From NCBI GenBank assembly GCA_964014485.1, contig CAXHAT010000023.1:1-55118 (forward strand): a stretch of 55,118 nt of DNA, read 5' to 3'. Within the stretch, counting starts at the first letter, position 1; every line of letters starts with the position of its first letter. This DNA is from an uncultured Deferribacteres bacterium. Its GTDB lineage: Bacteria > Zhuqueibacterota > Zhuqueibacteria > Zhuqueibacterales > Geothermadaptataceae. Both the position numbers and the translations under genes were made by a program. The notes under the pieces were generated by a model. That model was given only the letters and a program-made list of their open reading frames with translations. It did no database searches and was not told where the DNA came from. Positions 1 to 9,359 of this stretch are shown here, in pieces.

Positions 1-55
1 CGGCATACGCGATGCAATGGAGTATCGTGGGCTCGGAGATGGGTATAAGAGACAG
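1..55 (+). other. Illumina Nextera adapter remnant (P7 end + 8-nt i7 index + mosaic end); sequencing artefact
   Basis: cggcatacgcgat-gcaatgga-gtatcgtgggctcggagatgggtataagagacag matches CGGCATACGAGAT-[index]-GTCTCGTGGGCTCGGAGATGTGTATAAGAGACAG with 3 substitutions. Confidence 0.95.
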
Positions 56-376
56 ATTGAAGGGAGCGCGGCAAGAGTGTCTCGGCAAGAATCGCAGGAG
101 TATTTTTCCACCCGTCCGAGGGGCAGCCAAATCAGTGGAATCGCTTCTCCGCAAAGCCAGGTTCTGGAACACAGGCACATTCTCGAAAAGCGCACCGCCG
201 AGTTGGAACGAGAACTTGCCGGAAAAACAATCGAGTGCCCTGATTTTTGGGGCGGTTATCGCTTGAAGCCAGACTACTTCGAATTTTGGCAAGGCCGCCT
301 GAATCGTTTGCATGACCGAATTTCCTATAAACTCGAGCAAGAGGGCAAATGGTTGATTCAAAGATTAGCGCCGTAG
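56..376 (+). CDS. pdxH: Pyridoxamine 5'-phosphate oxidase, C-terminal part (5'-truncated)
   Basis: Motifs YFSTRPRGSQI, WGGYRLKP, EFWQGRLNRLHDR, RLAP. Confidence 0.93.
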   Translation: MEGSAARVSRQESQEYFSTRPRGSQISGIASPQSQVLEHRHILEKRTAELERELAGKTIECPDFWGGYRLKPDYFEFWQGRLNRLHDRISYKLEQEGKWLIQRLAP

Positions 377-448
377 CTCACAGCTCGAACTCAATTCTTG
401 AGAAGATTTCGCTTTTTCTTTCGGTAAACTCATCAGGAGAGACAAATA

Positions 449-1858
449 ATGAGACAACGATGTATTTTGCTAAGCTTTTTTATCACAATAGCTCAACTTC
501 ATGCGCAGGACAAACCGGCCGACCTTTCCCCCATCGTTTTTATTTATGATGCAAGCGGTTCGATGTGGGGACAAATCCAGGGGAAAACAAAAATGGAGGT
601 GGCCGCAGACGTATTGTCCAATTCGATTAATAATCTCCCGGAAGCTCAAAAAATTGGTTTTGTGGCATACGGACATCGAAAAAAAGGCGATTGTCAGGAC
701 GTTGAGTTTTTGATAGACATTGACAACGCGTCGAAGCCCAAAGTCATCCAATCATTAGAAAAAATTAAACCGCTTGGGAAAACTCCGCTGGCTTTTTCTG
801 CTTTGCAAGTGATAGACAAATTGCGAGCGACGAAACAGAAGGCAACGATTGTCCTGCTGACCGACGGCATTGAATCATGTGACGGGAATATCTGCGACGT
901 AGTAGAAGCGGCGAAAGAAGAAGGCGTTGAATTCAAACTGCACATTATTGGCTTTGGACTCAAAGCCGGGGAAACCGAGCAGCTTAAATGCGCCGCAAAC
1001 GCCGGTGACGGAAATTATTATGACGCAGCAGATGCGGAAGGATTGAGCGATGTGCTTGATGAAGTGATGACATCCACCATAGACAAGCCGGAAGGAAATT
1101 TCTCGGTGTATGCAGATAAAAACGGGAAGCCGGTCGATGCGTATGTGAGAGCTCTTTTGGCCGGAACGGGAACAGAAATCGACATCGTTCGAACTTATGC
1201 AGACACTGCCTTGCTGTACCTGCCCGCTGGAAAATACGATTTGTACGTGAAGCCCTTGGCGGGCAGCGACGTCAACGCAATCACTGTATCCAATGTACAA
1301 AGCTTTGAAGATAGCATCGCGCATCAAACTGTTAGCTTTGACGGCGGAAAAATCAAGGTGACCGCTTTAAACAATGGGCAGGGTTGGGACGCGGCGGTCA
1401 ACGTCAACTCGGAAACGGATGGAAAACGTGTTTCCGGCGGCCGGACGTATGGGAGATCGAAGGCGTTTGAATTGAACCCGGGGATGTATCAGGTAGAAAT
1501 AAAGGCGCTGGCGATGAAAGGGGCGAAAATATCGCATCTTTTTGAAAATGTGGAAGTCAAGGCTAACGAAGTCAACGATATTGAGCATAATTTTAAAACC
1601 GGTATTGCGATGATTGGCGCAACAAGCGCCGCCGGGTTAGTTGACGCCAGCATCAATATTGTGGAGGTCGGCGCCAAAAGAAGCATTGCAGGCGGCAGAA
1701 CCTATACGAGAGAAACCAGTAATCCCAAAAAGTTCGTTCTTACGCCCGGAACTTATGAAGTCACCCTCGTCGCGCTTGGAGCGCATAAAGGGAAAAAAGA
1801 AACGTTTACTATCGTTGTGAAAGAAGGCGAAACCATTTCAAAAATAACAACTTTTTGA
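449..1858 (+). CDS. Secreted VWA-domain protein with C-terminal Ig-like repeats
   Basis: Signal peptide; MIDAS DASGSM, GKTPL, LLTDG; three repeated GGRTY/RTY-containing beta modules. Confidence 0.85.
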   Translation: MRQRCILLSFFITIAQLHAQDKPADLSPIVFIYDASGSMWGQIQGKTKMEVAADVLSNSINNLPEAQKIGFVAYGHRKKGDCQDVEFLIDIDNASKPKVIQSLEKIKPLGKTPLAFSALQVIDKLRATKQKATIVLLTDGIESCDGNICDVVEAAKEEGVEFKLHIIGFGLKAGETEQLKCAANAGDGNYYDAADAEGLSDVLDEVMTSTIDKPEGNFSVYADKNGKPVDAYVRALLAGTGTEIDIVRTYADTALLYLPAGKYDLYVKPLAGSDVNAITVSNVQSFEDSIAHQTVSFDGGKIKVTALNNGQGWDAAVNVNSETDGKRVSGGRTYGRSKAFELNPGMYQVEIKALAMKGAKISHLFENVEVKANEVNDIEHNFKTGIAMIGATSAAGLVDASINIVEVGAKRSIAGGRTYTRETSNPKKFVLTPGTYEVTLVALGAHKGKKETFTIVVKEGETISKITTF

Positions 1859-1972
1859 GGTCGCAGCCAAAGCATTAGCGGGCAAAAAGTAATCGAGTTT
1901 AGCCTTTTCCTTTGACCTTGCTATGCAAAGCGCACTATCTGAATTTGGCGCGCTTTGTTTTTGGGGCAACTT

Positions 1973-3475
1973 TTATCGCGACAAAACCATCTTTCGCATT
2001 TGACGGAAAAGCGGAATGTTGTTTTGGCCGCGGACTTCGAGTTCGTAGAAATACATGCCGGAAGAGACGCTCCGACCGTAATCGTCGCGGGCGTCCCATT
2101 GAATTTTGTATTCGCCGCCATTAAACACGCCGTCCACGAGCGTGCGTAATTGGCGTGCGAGCACGTCGTAAATGCGAATTTTGACGCGGCTATTGTTCGC
2201 GCCGTACGGCACTTGAAATACAAAATTCGTTTCGGGGTTGAATGGGTTGGGGTAGTTTGCGCTGAGATGAAAGCGTTCCGGCAATAAGCCGTCCGCTGGT
2301 TGAACCGAAGTCGTCATTGGGTCGAATTCAAAAACGCCGACATCCGGCGCGTCTCCCAGAAACGGCAAGCCAACGTCTATTCCGCCGTCAATTCCCACGC
2401 TCCCCTCCGCTAAATGAAAATCGCCGCTGTCCGCTGCAACAAAAACAGGATCGTCATTAACGATTCCGCCACCAGGGGTGTAGTTGCCGCTTGGAAATTC
2501 TGAAATTTCTCCAATAATTGAATGACTGGCTTGCAAGGTCACATTCCACAAAAGACGAACGTCGCCGTGTAAATTAGTCAATTCATTACCGCGAACAATC
2601 GAGTTTTTCATAACCACGGAAATCGCCGCCGGATCACTTGACGAAAGCGTGGCGAAATCCAATCCGGGCGCAACCTGGCCGAAGTTTTTGGGGCGGTTGT
2701 TGGTCGAAATGCTATTGAGTACGCGAGCCTCAACTTGCGCCGCATCGGTTGCGATTATATCGAGGCTCACTGCGTTGTTATAGAAAACCGTCTTGATGAC
2801 GTCAACGCCGACTTTCGCGCTGTCGCCGGCTGAAACGGGTACTGCCCCGGGTAGAATCACCTGATTCAAAAAGCCGCTGACTGAAGATTCGAACATGCTC
2901 AATTGCGCCGTCGCAGAATCTCGCGCCGATACGTTCAATGCGATTCCGTCGCCCGCGCTTCGGAAATGCACGTCGTCGAAAATGAGCGTGTTCTCGCCCT
3001 TGGAAAAACTGAAATCGAACATGCGCCCGTCGTCTTCTTTCATGAAAATCGTCGGCTCGCCTAGCGGATCGCGGCTTGTGAAGTCAGCATTCCATCCGCC
3101 TTGAATCATCATTTTTAGCGGCAGTGAAATGAGCCACAGAACGTCCGGGACGTTCACGCCGCTTTGCACGCGCAAAACGGTCGGAATTTCGATAGAATCG
3201 ATTGCAGCTTCAAGATTATCGTCAATCGCAACGTCAATGGTTCGCGGCGAGGCGCCGTCATTCGGATTGCCGCCCAGTTGATATTCGAACAAATTGATCA
3301 CAAAATCTCCGTCAAGATCAACCCAGGCGTCTGTGGCGCTGTTTGAGTCGAGGCTGTTGGCCGTCTCCCATTCGTCCGGCATGCCGTCTTCATCCGTATC
3401 CGTTTGGGCAAGCGCGAAAATCGGGAAACTGTTCAAAAGCGCGCCTAAAATCAATTTTACCAAATGCTTCTTCAA
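1973..3475 (-). CDS. Secreted protein with Ca-binding (TSP3-like) motif, beta-helix-like region and FlgD/T9SS-like C-terminal domain
   Basis: Likely TTG start at 3475 after GGAGG; signal peptide; DTDEDGMPDEWE; DFHLAEGSVGID; NYPNPFNPET...WDARDDYGRSVSSGMYFY. Confidence 0.8.
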   Translation of the reverse strand: MKKHLVKLILGALLNSFPIFALAQTDTDEDGMPDEWETANSLDSNSATDAWVDLDGDFVINLFEYQLGGNPNDGASPRTIDVAIDDNLEAAIDSIEIPTVLRVQSGVNVPDVLWLISLPLKMMIQGGWNADFTSRDPLGEPTIFMKEDDGRMFDFSFSKGENTLIFDDVHFRSAGDGIALNVSARDSATAQLSMFESSVSGFLNQVILPGAVPVSAGDSAKVGVDVIKTVFYNNAVSLDIIATDAAQVEARVLNSISTNNRPKNFGQVAPGLDFATLSSSDPAAISVVMKNSIVRGNELTNLHGDVRLLWNVTLQASHSIIGEISEFPSGNYTPGGGIVNDDPVFVAADSGDFHLAEGSVGIDGGIDVGLPFLGDAPDVGVFEFDPMTTSVQPADGLLPERFHLSANYPNPFNPETNFVFQVPYGANNSRVKIRIYDVLARQLRTLVDGVFNGGEYKIQWDARDDYGRSVSSGMYFYELEVRGQNNIPLFRQMRKMVLSR

Positions 3476-3654
3476 ATTTTCCTCCGCTGGGTTTCCGTCA
3501 TTTCCTGTCAATAAAGAGGCTGCGGTCTCTTTGTTTTGTTTAAAACCAAGTCTATTTTTTTATGTCTCGATTTCAAGCGTTGCATGACAAACCGGCAACG
3601 ACGGTTACTGGTTGAGTTGGAGGAAACCATTCATATTCGCGAAATAGAATCATC

Positions 3655-3683
3655 TTGCTTTTGAGCCGATTGGGGTTTATATT
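3655..3683 (+). promoter_or_regulatory. Putative sigma70 promoter
   Basis: TTGCTT-17 nt-TATATT. Confidence 0.5.
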
Positions 3684-3850
3684 CCGCCTTCCTTTTCGAG
3701 AGGAAAGCGGTCTTTAAAAGAAAAAATTTAGCAAGTTATGCCAAGTCGAAGGTCTTATGTTTAAATTAGCTGTGCAAAAGCGATTGCCCCACTCACTCCG
3801 TGAGGAGAATTTGCAAACAGCAGGGTTTAAGACTAAGCGTAACGATACTT

Positions 3851-3885
3851 AATGCACTTTCAATTTGGAAGTGCATTTTTGTTTT
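3851..3885 (+). terminator. Intrinsic terminator or attenuator upstream of the zinc-ribbon gene
   Basis: aatgcacttt...ggaagtgcatt hairpin followed by tttgtttt. Confidence 0.6.
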
Positions 3886-3930
3886 AGGGGCGGCGTCAAC
3901 CAACGCCGGGCGCATAAAAAGGAGATAAAC

Positions 3931-4677
3931 GTGGATTCCAAAGTCAACAATCTGATACTGCTGCAATCGCTGGATGAAAAGCTGGCCGTCATTGAGAGAG
4001 CAAAAGGAGATTTGCCCGCGCGCGTTACAGCCGCAAAAGCACAGGTTGCAGAGCAAGAGTCGCAATTGGCTTCGCATAAAGAAAAAATTAGCGAAACCCA
4101 ATCAAGCAGACGCAGTCTTGAGGGGCAGCTTGAGCTTATCAAAGCCAAGCAGAAGGATTACCAGGAAAAACTTTACGCCGTTACGACCAACAAGGAATAC
4201 GACGCCGTCGTCGCGGAAATTGACACAGTCACCGAACAAATAGACAAGCACGAAACTGAGATTCTGCAATTGATCGAAGAAGAAGAGACTTTGCAGACGG
4301 AATTGGGCGAATTGGAAAAAGACTTGGCCGAGGTTAAAGAGCATCAGCAGACTCAGGAATCCGAATTGAACGCGATTTTGGCGCAAAACGCGGAAATGGA
4401 AAACAAGCTTTTGGACGAACGCGAAACATTAATCGCGGATATTCTTCCTCAGAATTTGCGCACCTACGAACGGATCCGCAAAGGGCGCGACGGGTTAGCG
4501 ATGGTTCGCATCGTTCGCGGGGCGTGCAGCGGCTGCTACACGCAAATTCCGCCTCAGCGCGTTATGGAAGTGCGGATGGGCGAACGCTTGTACGCTTGCG
4601 AATCTTGCGGCAGGCTCTTGTTTTGGGAAGAAGAACCAGAAATGGAAGCGGAGACTGCGGAAGCGGTTGAAGCATAA
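3931..4677 (+). CDS. Coiled-coil C4-type zinc-ribbon protein (DUF164/CdsZ-like)
   Basis: GTG start after GGAGA; long coiled coil; CSGC...CESCGRLL; adjacent to rnpB. Confidence 0.88.
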   Translation: MDSKVNNLILLQSLDEKLAVIERAKGDLPARVTAAKAQVAEQESQLASHKEKISETQSSRRSLEGQLELIKAKQKDYQEKLYAVTTNKEYDAVVAEIDTVTEQIDKHETEILQLIEEEETLQTELGELEKDLAEVKEHQQTQESELNAILAQNAEMENKLLDERETLIADILPQNLRTYERIRKGRDGLAMVRIVRGACSGCYTQIPPQRVMEVRMGERLYACESCGRLLFWEEEPEMEAETAEAVEA

Positions 4678-4694
4678 ATTATAACAAAATATCC

Positions 4695-5109
4695 GAAGTA
4701 TGCCGGACGGCCGCTGTCTCGCTGCTTGCGAGAGAGAGGAAAGTCCGAACTCCACAGGGTGGAACGGTCGCTAACAGCGACTTCGAGTGATCGAAGGAAA
4801 GTGCCACAGAAAACAGACTGCCGTCTCCCGATTTCCGGAAGCCGGTAAAGTTGCAACGGCGAGGTAAGAGCTCACCGCCCCGACGGCGACGTCCGGGGGC
4901 ACGGTAAACCCCGTTCGGAGCAAGACCAAGTAGTTTCCGTTTTCCTCGTTTGCGAGGAAAGAGGGTAGCCCGCCCAATCTTTCTGATTTTTCGGAAAGGA
5001 CGGAACGGGTAGGTCGCTCGAGCCATAGGGCAACTTATGGCCTAGATAAATGGCCGTCGTTCTCCCGTTTACTCGGGAGAAAACAGAATTCGGCTTACAG
5101 GCATACTTT
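4695..5109 (+). ncRNA. rnpB: RNase P RNA (class A)
   Basis: GAGGAAAGTCCG, GGAAAGTGCCACAGAAA, GGTAAACCCC..GGAGCAAG and ACAGAATTCGGCTTA; P1 pairing aagtatgcc/ggcatactt. Confidence 0.97.
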
Positions 5110-5143
5110 GGATATTTTTTGAGTACAGGAGAATCAATTCTGA

Positions 5144-6841
5144 ATGTACGCAGAATGGAATATTTCAGATACAGCCCCGGCGGAAACGATTACACAACTC
5201 TCGCAAGAGCTTGCCTTGCCCGAAGTTATGGCAAGAATTCTCTACAACCGAGGCGTTGAAACCCGCGAAGACGCGACCTATTTTTTTAACGCCGGTATAG
5301 AAAAACTGCACGATCCCTACCTCATGGCGGACATGGAAACCGCCGTTGAATGCGTGCTCGACGCCATTAGAAACAAGAAAAAAATCCTGATCTACGGGGA
5401 TTATGACGTCGATGGCGCCACGTCCACTTCCATGCTCTACCTCTTCTTCAAGCAACTGGGATTTTTCGCCGATTTCTACATTCCGAATCGCGTTCGCGAC
5501 GGCTATGGCCTGAACGTCGAGCAAATGCAAATCGCCCACGAAAAAGGCGTCGATCTCATCATAACGGTGGATTGCGGCATAACGGCGATTGAAGAAGTTG
5601 CGCATGCAAAACAACTTGGGATGGACGTTATCGTCTGCGACCATCACCAGCCCGGCCCGGAAATGCCTGCGGCAAATGCTATCCTGAACCCGAAACGGGC
5701 TGATTGTCCCTTCCCTTTCAAAGAGCTTGCGGGAGTCGGGGTTGCATTTAAACTCGCTCAAGGCATTATGCAAAGCCTGGGGCAATCCCTTGAAGATTTC
5801 AAGGGATTGCTGGAACTGGTCGCCATTGGCAGTGCAGCGGACATTGTCCCCCTTGTCGGCGAAAATAGAATTCTGGTCAAAGCCGGCCTTGAACAACTCA
5901 ACCAAACGGAAAACGTTGGCTTGCAAGCGCTCATGCGCAAGACCGGTTTGCTGGGCAAGAAAATCGGCACTGGACAAATCATCTTTATGCTCGCGCCGCG
6001 CATTAATGCGGTGGGACGCATGGGCGACGCCATGCGCGCCGTCCGCCTTCTTGTCGCGAAAGACTTTTATGAAGCCGCTTCCGTGGCCAGCGTCCTTGAG
6101 AAAGAAAATCAGCAGCGTCGCAACCTTGACGAAAAGACGTTTCGCGAAGCGGTCAGCATTATCGAAAAAGAATATGATCCGGAAACATCAGCCGCTTTCG
6201 TGCTCGCTTCTGACAAATGGCATCCCGGCGTAATCGGCATAGCCGCCAGCCGTCTCGTTGAAAAATACTATCGCCCAACCGTGATGATCGCCATCGACAA
6301 TGGCGTTGGCAAAGGTTCCGCTCGCAGTATTTCCGGCTTCAATATTTATGAAGCGATGGAATCGTGTGAAGATTTGATGGTAGCCTACGGCGGACACAAA
6401 TACGCTGCGGGCATGAGTATTAACAGCGAAAATATTGACGCTTTCAGACAACGCATAAATGCTTATGCCAGTGATCTGCTGACTGAAGAACTTCTCACCA
6501 AAACCTTGAATATCGAGGGCGAAATCAAGCTTGTCGATATCACGGAACGCTTCAAAAACATGTTGAAGCACCTCGCCCCTTTTGGGCCGCAAAACCTGCG
6601 CCCAACCTTTGTGTCGAAAAACGTAGAAATCGTCGGAATGCCCGCCATCGTCGGCAAAAATCACTTGCGTTTTAAAGTACGTCAAGACGATGTTTCCTTC
6701 GACGCCATTGGTTTCAATCTCGGCGGCATGATGCACCGCGTTCGCGCCAGCGACGGCAATCTCAGCATCGCTTATGTCATCGATGAAAACACTTGGCAAG
6801 GCCGCACAACCACCCAATTGAGAATCAAAGACATTCAATAA
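5144..6841 (+). CDS. recJ: Single-stranded-DNA-specific exonuclease RecJ
   Basis: YGDYDVDG, TVDCG, DHH, APRINAVGR, GSARS, GGHKYAAG. Confidence 0.97.
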   Translation: MYAEWNISDTAPAETITQLSQELALPEVMARILYNRGVETREDATYFFNAGIEKLHDPYLMADMETAVECVLDAIRNKKKILIYGDYDVDGATSTSMLYLFFKQLGFFADFYIPNRVRDGYGLNVEQMQIAHEKGVDLIITVDCGITAIEEVAHAKQLGMDVIVCDHHQPGPEMPAANAILNPKRADCPFPFKELAGVGVAFKLAQGIMQSLGQSLEDFKGLLELVAIGSAADIVPLVGENRILVKAGLEQLNQTENVGLQALMRKTGLLGKKIGTGQIIFMLAPRINAVGRMGDAMRAVRLLVAKDFYEAASVASVLEKENQQRRNLDEKTFREAVSIIEKEYDPETSAAFVLASDKWHPGVIGIAASRLVEKYYRPTVMIAIDNGVGKGSARSISGFNIYEAMESCEDLMVAYGGHKYAAGMSINSENIDAFRQRINAYASDLLTEELLTKTLNIEGEIKLVDITERFKNMLKHLAPFGPQNLRPTFVSKNVEIVGMPAIVGKNHLRFKVRQDDVSFDAIGFNLGGMMHRVRASDGNLSIAYVIDENTWQGRTTTQLRIKDIQ

Positions 6842-8506
6842 ATGAAGCCGTTCGAATCTCGGATTGACGTTCGTTCTGAAGATTTCAAAACGCGCAAAAA
6901 CGGCATGCTCGATCTTATGCGCGTTTTGAATGAACGTCAAACGGAAATTAAGACGCCGCGCGAAAAGGCCGTTGCAAAATTGCAAAAACGCGGGAAGTAT
7001 CCCGCGCGCATCAAGGTCGAAAAAATCATCGATCCTGGCTCAACGTTTCACGAAATCGGGCTTTTCGCGGCCTACGGGATGTACGAAGACATTCCGGGCG
7101 GCTACCCCGCCGCAGGCGTCATTACCGGCATTGGCACGGTTTCAGGTAAAAAAGCCGTCATCATTGCCAACGACCCCTTGGTGAAATCCGGCGCATGGGT
7201 GGAAATTACTTGCAAAAAAAACCTGCGCGCGCAAGAAATCGCTATGGAAAACCGGCTGCCAATCATTTACATGGTCGATTCAGCGGGCGTGAACCTTGAA
7301 CGGCAAGCGGAGATTTTCCCGGATCGTGAACATTTTGGCCGCATTTTCCGCAATAACGCGAAAATGGCGGCGATGGGAATTCCTCAGATTTCCTGCGTTT
7401 TTGGATTTTGCGTGGCAGGCGGAGCGTACTTGCCGGGCATGTCGAGCGATCTCGCCATGATCACCGCCAACTCCAGCATGTTTCTCGCCGGGCCGTTCCT
7501 GGTCAAATCCGCCGTCGGGCAAGAAGTCGATATGGAAACGCTTGGCGGCGCAACCATGCACCATCGCGTCAGCGGCGTGGCCGATTATCAATTCGATTCC
7601 GAAGACGACGCTTTCGCCTGGATTCGCGACCAAATGGCGGCGGTTCAGCTCCACCCTTCGCCCAAAAGCGCAAGCGCCTCCGCCGATTCCCCGCTTTATG
7701 ACGCCGATGAACTGCTTGGAATCCTGCCCTCTTCGAAATCCGGAGCTTACGATACACGAGAAATCATTGCGCGCTTGGCGGACGGCAGTCGATTTGAAGA
7801 ATTTAAGCCGGAATACGGCGCGACCATTGTGACGGCGTTTGCGGAGATGGGCGGCTTTCCAGTCGGGATTGTGGCGAATCAAGGCAAAGCGGTCAAAAAA
7901 GACATGCCGCCGGATCATCTTGGCCGCCCGCAGCCGCCGCAACTCCAGATGGGCAACGTCATCTACAGCGATTCCGCCAACAAGGCGACGCATTTTATTA
8001 TGCTTTGCAATGAGCGCCGCATTCCCCTCATATTTTTTCATGACGTGACCGGCTTCATGGTCGGCAAGCAGGCGGAAAACGGCGGAATTATTCAGGATGG
8101 TTCGCAGTTTGTCAATGCGCAGGCCAACGCCATTGTGCCGAAATTTTCCGTGGTGTTGCGCAATAGTTTTGGCGCCGGGAATTACGCCATGTGCGGCAAA
8201 GCTTACGATCCGCGCCTGATTTATTCCTGGCCGACCGCCAAACTTGCGGTGATGGACGGCGGCGTCGCGGCGGACACGGTTTTGTTGACCAAGCGAGATT
8301 TGTCCGACGAAGAACGCGAGGCTTTTCGCCAAAAACTCGTCGAAAAATATGCGCACGAAGCGTCGCCCTATTACACCGCCGCACGCATGATCGTCGATGA
8401 TATTCTTGATCCGCGAAAGACGCGCGAGTCGCTCATCAATGGCCTCGAAATCGCCGCCTACAACCCGCCGACGGAACAATACATCACCGGCGTTATGCGG
8501 ATGTAA
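6842..8506 (+). CDS. Acyl-CoA carboxylase carboxyltransferase subunit (methylcrotonyl/geranyl-CoA carboxylase beta-like)
   Basis: RAQEIAMENRLP, DSAG, CVAGGAY, LGGATMH, SFGAGNYAMCG. Confidence 0.92.
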   Translation: MKPFESRIDVRSEDFKTRKNGMLDLMRVLNERQTEIKTPREKAVAKLQKRGKYPARIKVEKIIDPGSTFHEIGLFAAYGMYEDIPGGYPAAGVITGIGTVSGKKAVIIANDPLVKSGAWVEITCKKNLRAQEIAMENRLPIIYMVDSAGVNLERQAEIFPDREHFGRIFRNNAKMAAMGIPQISCVFGFCVAGGAYLPGMSSDLAMITANSSMFLAGPFLVKSAVGQEVDMETLGGATMHHRVSGVADYQFDSEDDAFAWIRDQMAAVQLHPSPKSASASADSPLYDADELLGILPSSKSGAYDTREIIARLADGSRFEEFKPEYGATIVTAFAEMGGFPVGIVANQGKAVKKDMPPDHLGRPQPPQLQMGNVIYSDSANKATHFIMLCNERRIPLIFFHDVTGFMVGKQAENGGIIQDGSQFVNAQANAIVPKFSVVLRNSFGAGNYAMCGKAYDPRLIYSWPTAKLAVMDGGVAADTVLLTKRDLSDEEREAFRQKLVEKYAHEASPYYTAARMIVDDILDPRKTRESLINGLEIAAYNPPTEQYITGVMRM

Positions 8507-8524
8507 CGATTTTTAACTAATTTT

Positions 8525-8559
8525 TAACTCTGACAGGGTTTAAAACCCTGTCAGAGTTA
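8525..8559. repeat. REP-like perfect palindrome
   Basis: taactctgacagggttt-a-aaaccctgtcagagtta. Confidence 0.8.
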
Positions 8560-8565
8560 GGTAAT

Positions 8566-8805
8566 CCGACATTCCGCACACAAGAATTGGAGATGGAAAT
8601 AATTTCTTTCTCTCATTAGCGCCGTCCTTCAGGGCGGGGAGAAGAAAAGTGTGATTTTACCAAAACCCCGGCTTGAAAGCCGGGGCTAATGAGAGGCAAA
8701 ATCTCATCAGGCGCAAAAGAAGTCTTGCAGCCGAACTAAAATTGTCGAAAAAGCGCTCTTTCAACAAATGATTTCAAATGCGACAATTGACGTGCAGAAT
8801 CTCGG
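8566..8805. mobile_element. MITE-like element (240 bp) with 14-bp imperfect TIRs and 5-bp target duplication
   Basis: Left end ccgacattccgcac, right end gtgcagaatctcgg (12/14 complementary); GTAAT at 8561-8565 and 8806-8810. Confidence 0.75.
8610..8695. repeat. Inverted REP doublet (ctcattagc...gctaatgag type) inside the MITE
   Basis: ctctcattagc/gctaatgagag ends with internal hairpins ccgtccttcagggcgg and ccccggcttgaaagccgggg; the same family occurs at 22943-23078. Confidence 0.75.
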
Positions 8806-8821
8806 GTAATCTAAAATTCTG

Positions 8822-9235
8822 ATGAAAAAAGAACGTCCGATCTTCCTTCAACCAAACGAAGGCCGAGAATATGATTGCGGCCCAATGCGCAGCATCTTCA
8901 AAGCGGACGGCGATGAAACGAACGACCGTTATTCGGTCTCAGAATGGTGGCTTGAGCCGCACCAGCCGGGTTCGGGCCCGCACTCGCACGAAGCCAATGA
9001 AGAGCTTTTTTATGTCATCGAAGGCACGATGTCTTTTCGCATCGGCGATGATTGGGTCGACGCGTCGCGCGGTTCTTTTATTCGCATCCCCGCTGGCGTC
9101 ACGCACGATTTTGAAAATCGCACAGATTCTCGCGCTGGGGTGCTCAATATTTACATGCCGGGCGGCTTCGAAGCCGAGTTCATGCCGAAAATTGTTTCCT
9201 GGTTTGAATCGCAAGAAACAGCCAAGGCCGTATAG
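8822..9235 (+). CDS. Cupin-domain protein
   Basis: PHSHEANEELFYVIEG and IPAGVTHDFEN cupin motifs. Confidence 0.9.
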   Translation: MKKERPIFLQPNEGREYDCGPMRSIFKADGDETNDRYSVSEWWLEPHQPGSGPHSHEANEELFYVIEGTMSFRIGDDWVDASRGSFIRIPAGVTHDFENRTDSRAGVLNIYMPGGFEAEFMPKIVSWFESQETAKAV

Positions 9236-9288
9236 ACGCTTTCTCGAACTTCTTTTTCTTTGCGAGTTTTGGCTTTTAGAGTAATTTT

Positions 9289-9318
9289 TGTAGGGGCGTA
9301 TTCCGATACGCCCCTACA
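9289..9318. repeat. GTAG-type REP palindrome
   Basis: tgtaggggcgtat-tccg-atacgcccctaca. Confidence 0.8.
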
Positions 9319-9359
9319 CATTTTGACCTAAACTCAAGCCCAATAACATTCAACAAATC

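Noticed and set aside
12..266. ORF 12..266 and the N-terminus of ORF 17..376
   Set aside because: Their start codons lie within adapter sequence.
4554..5026. Minus-strand ORFs over 4554-5026
   Set aside because: They are antisense shadows of the RNase P RNA and the zinc-ribbon gene.
7280..8479. Long antisense ORFs such as 7280..8479, 5165..5977, 6188..6985 and 50849..51529
   Set aside because: They lie opposite well-supported genes and have no recognisable motifs; they are typical codon-bias shadows.
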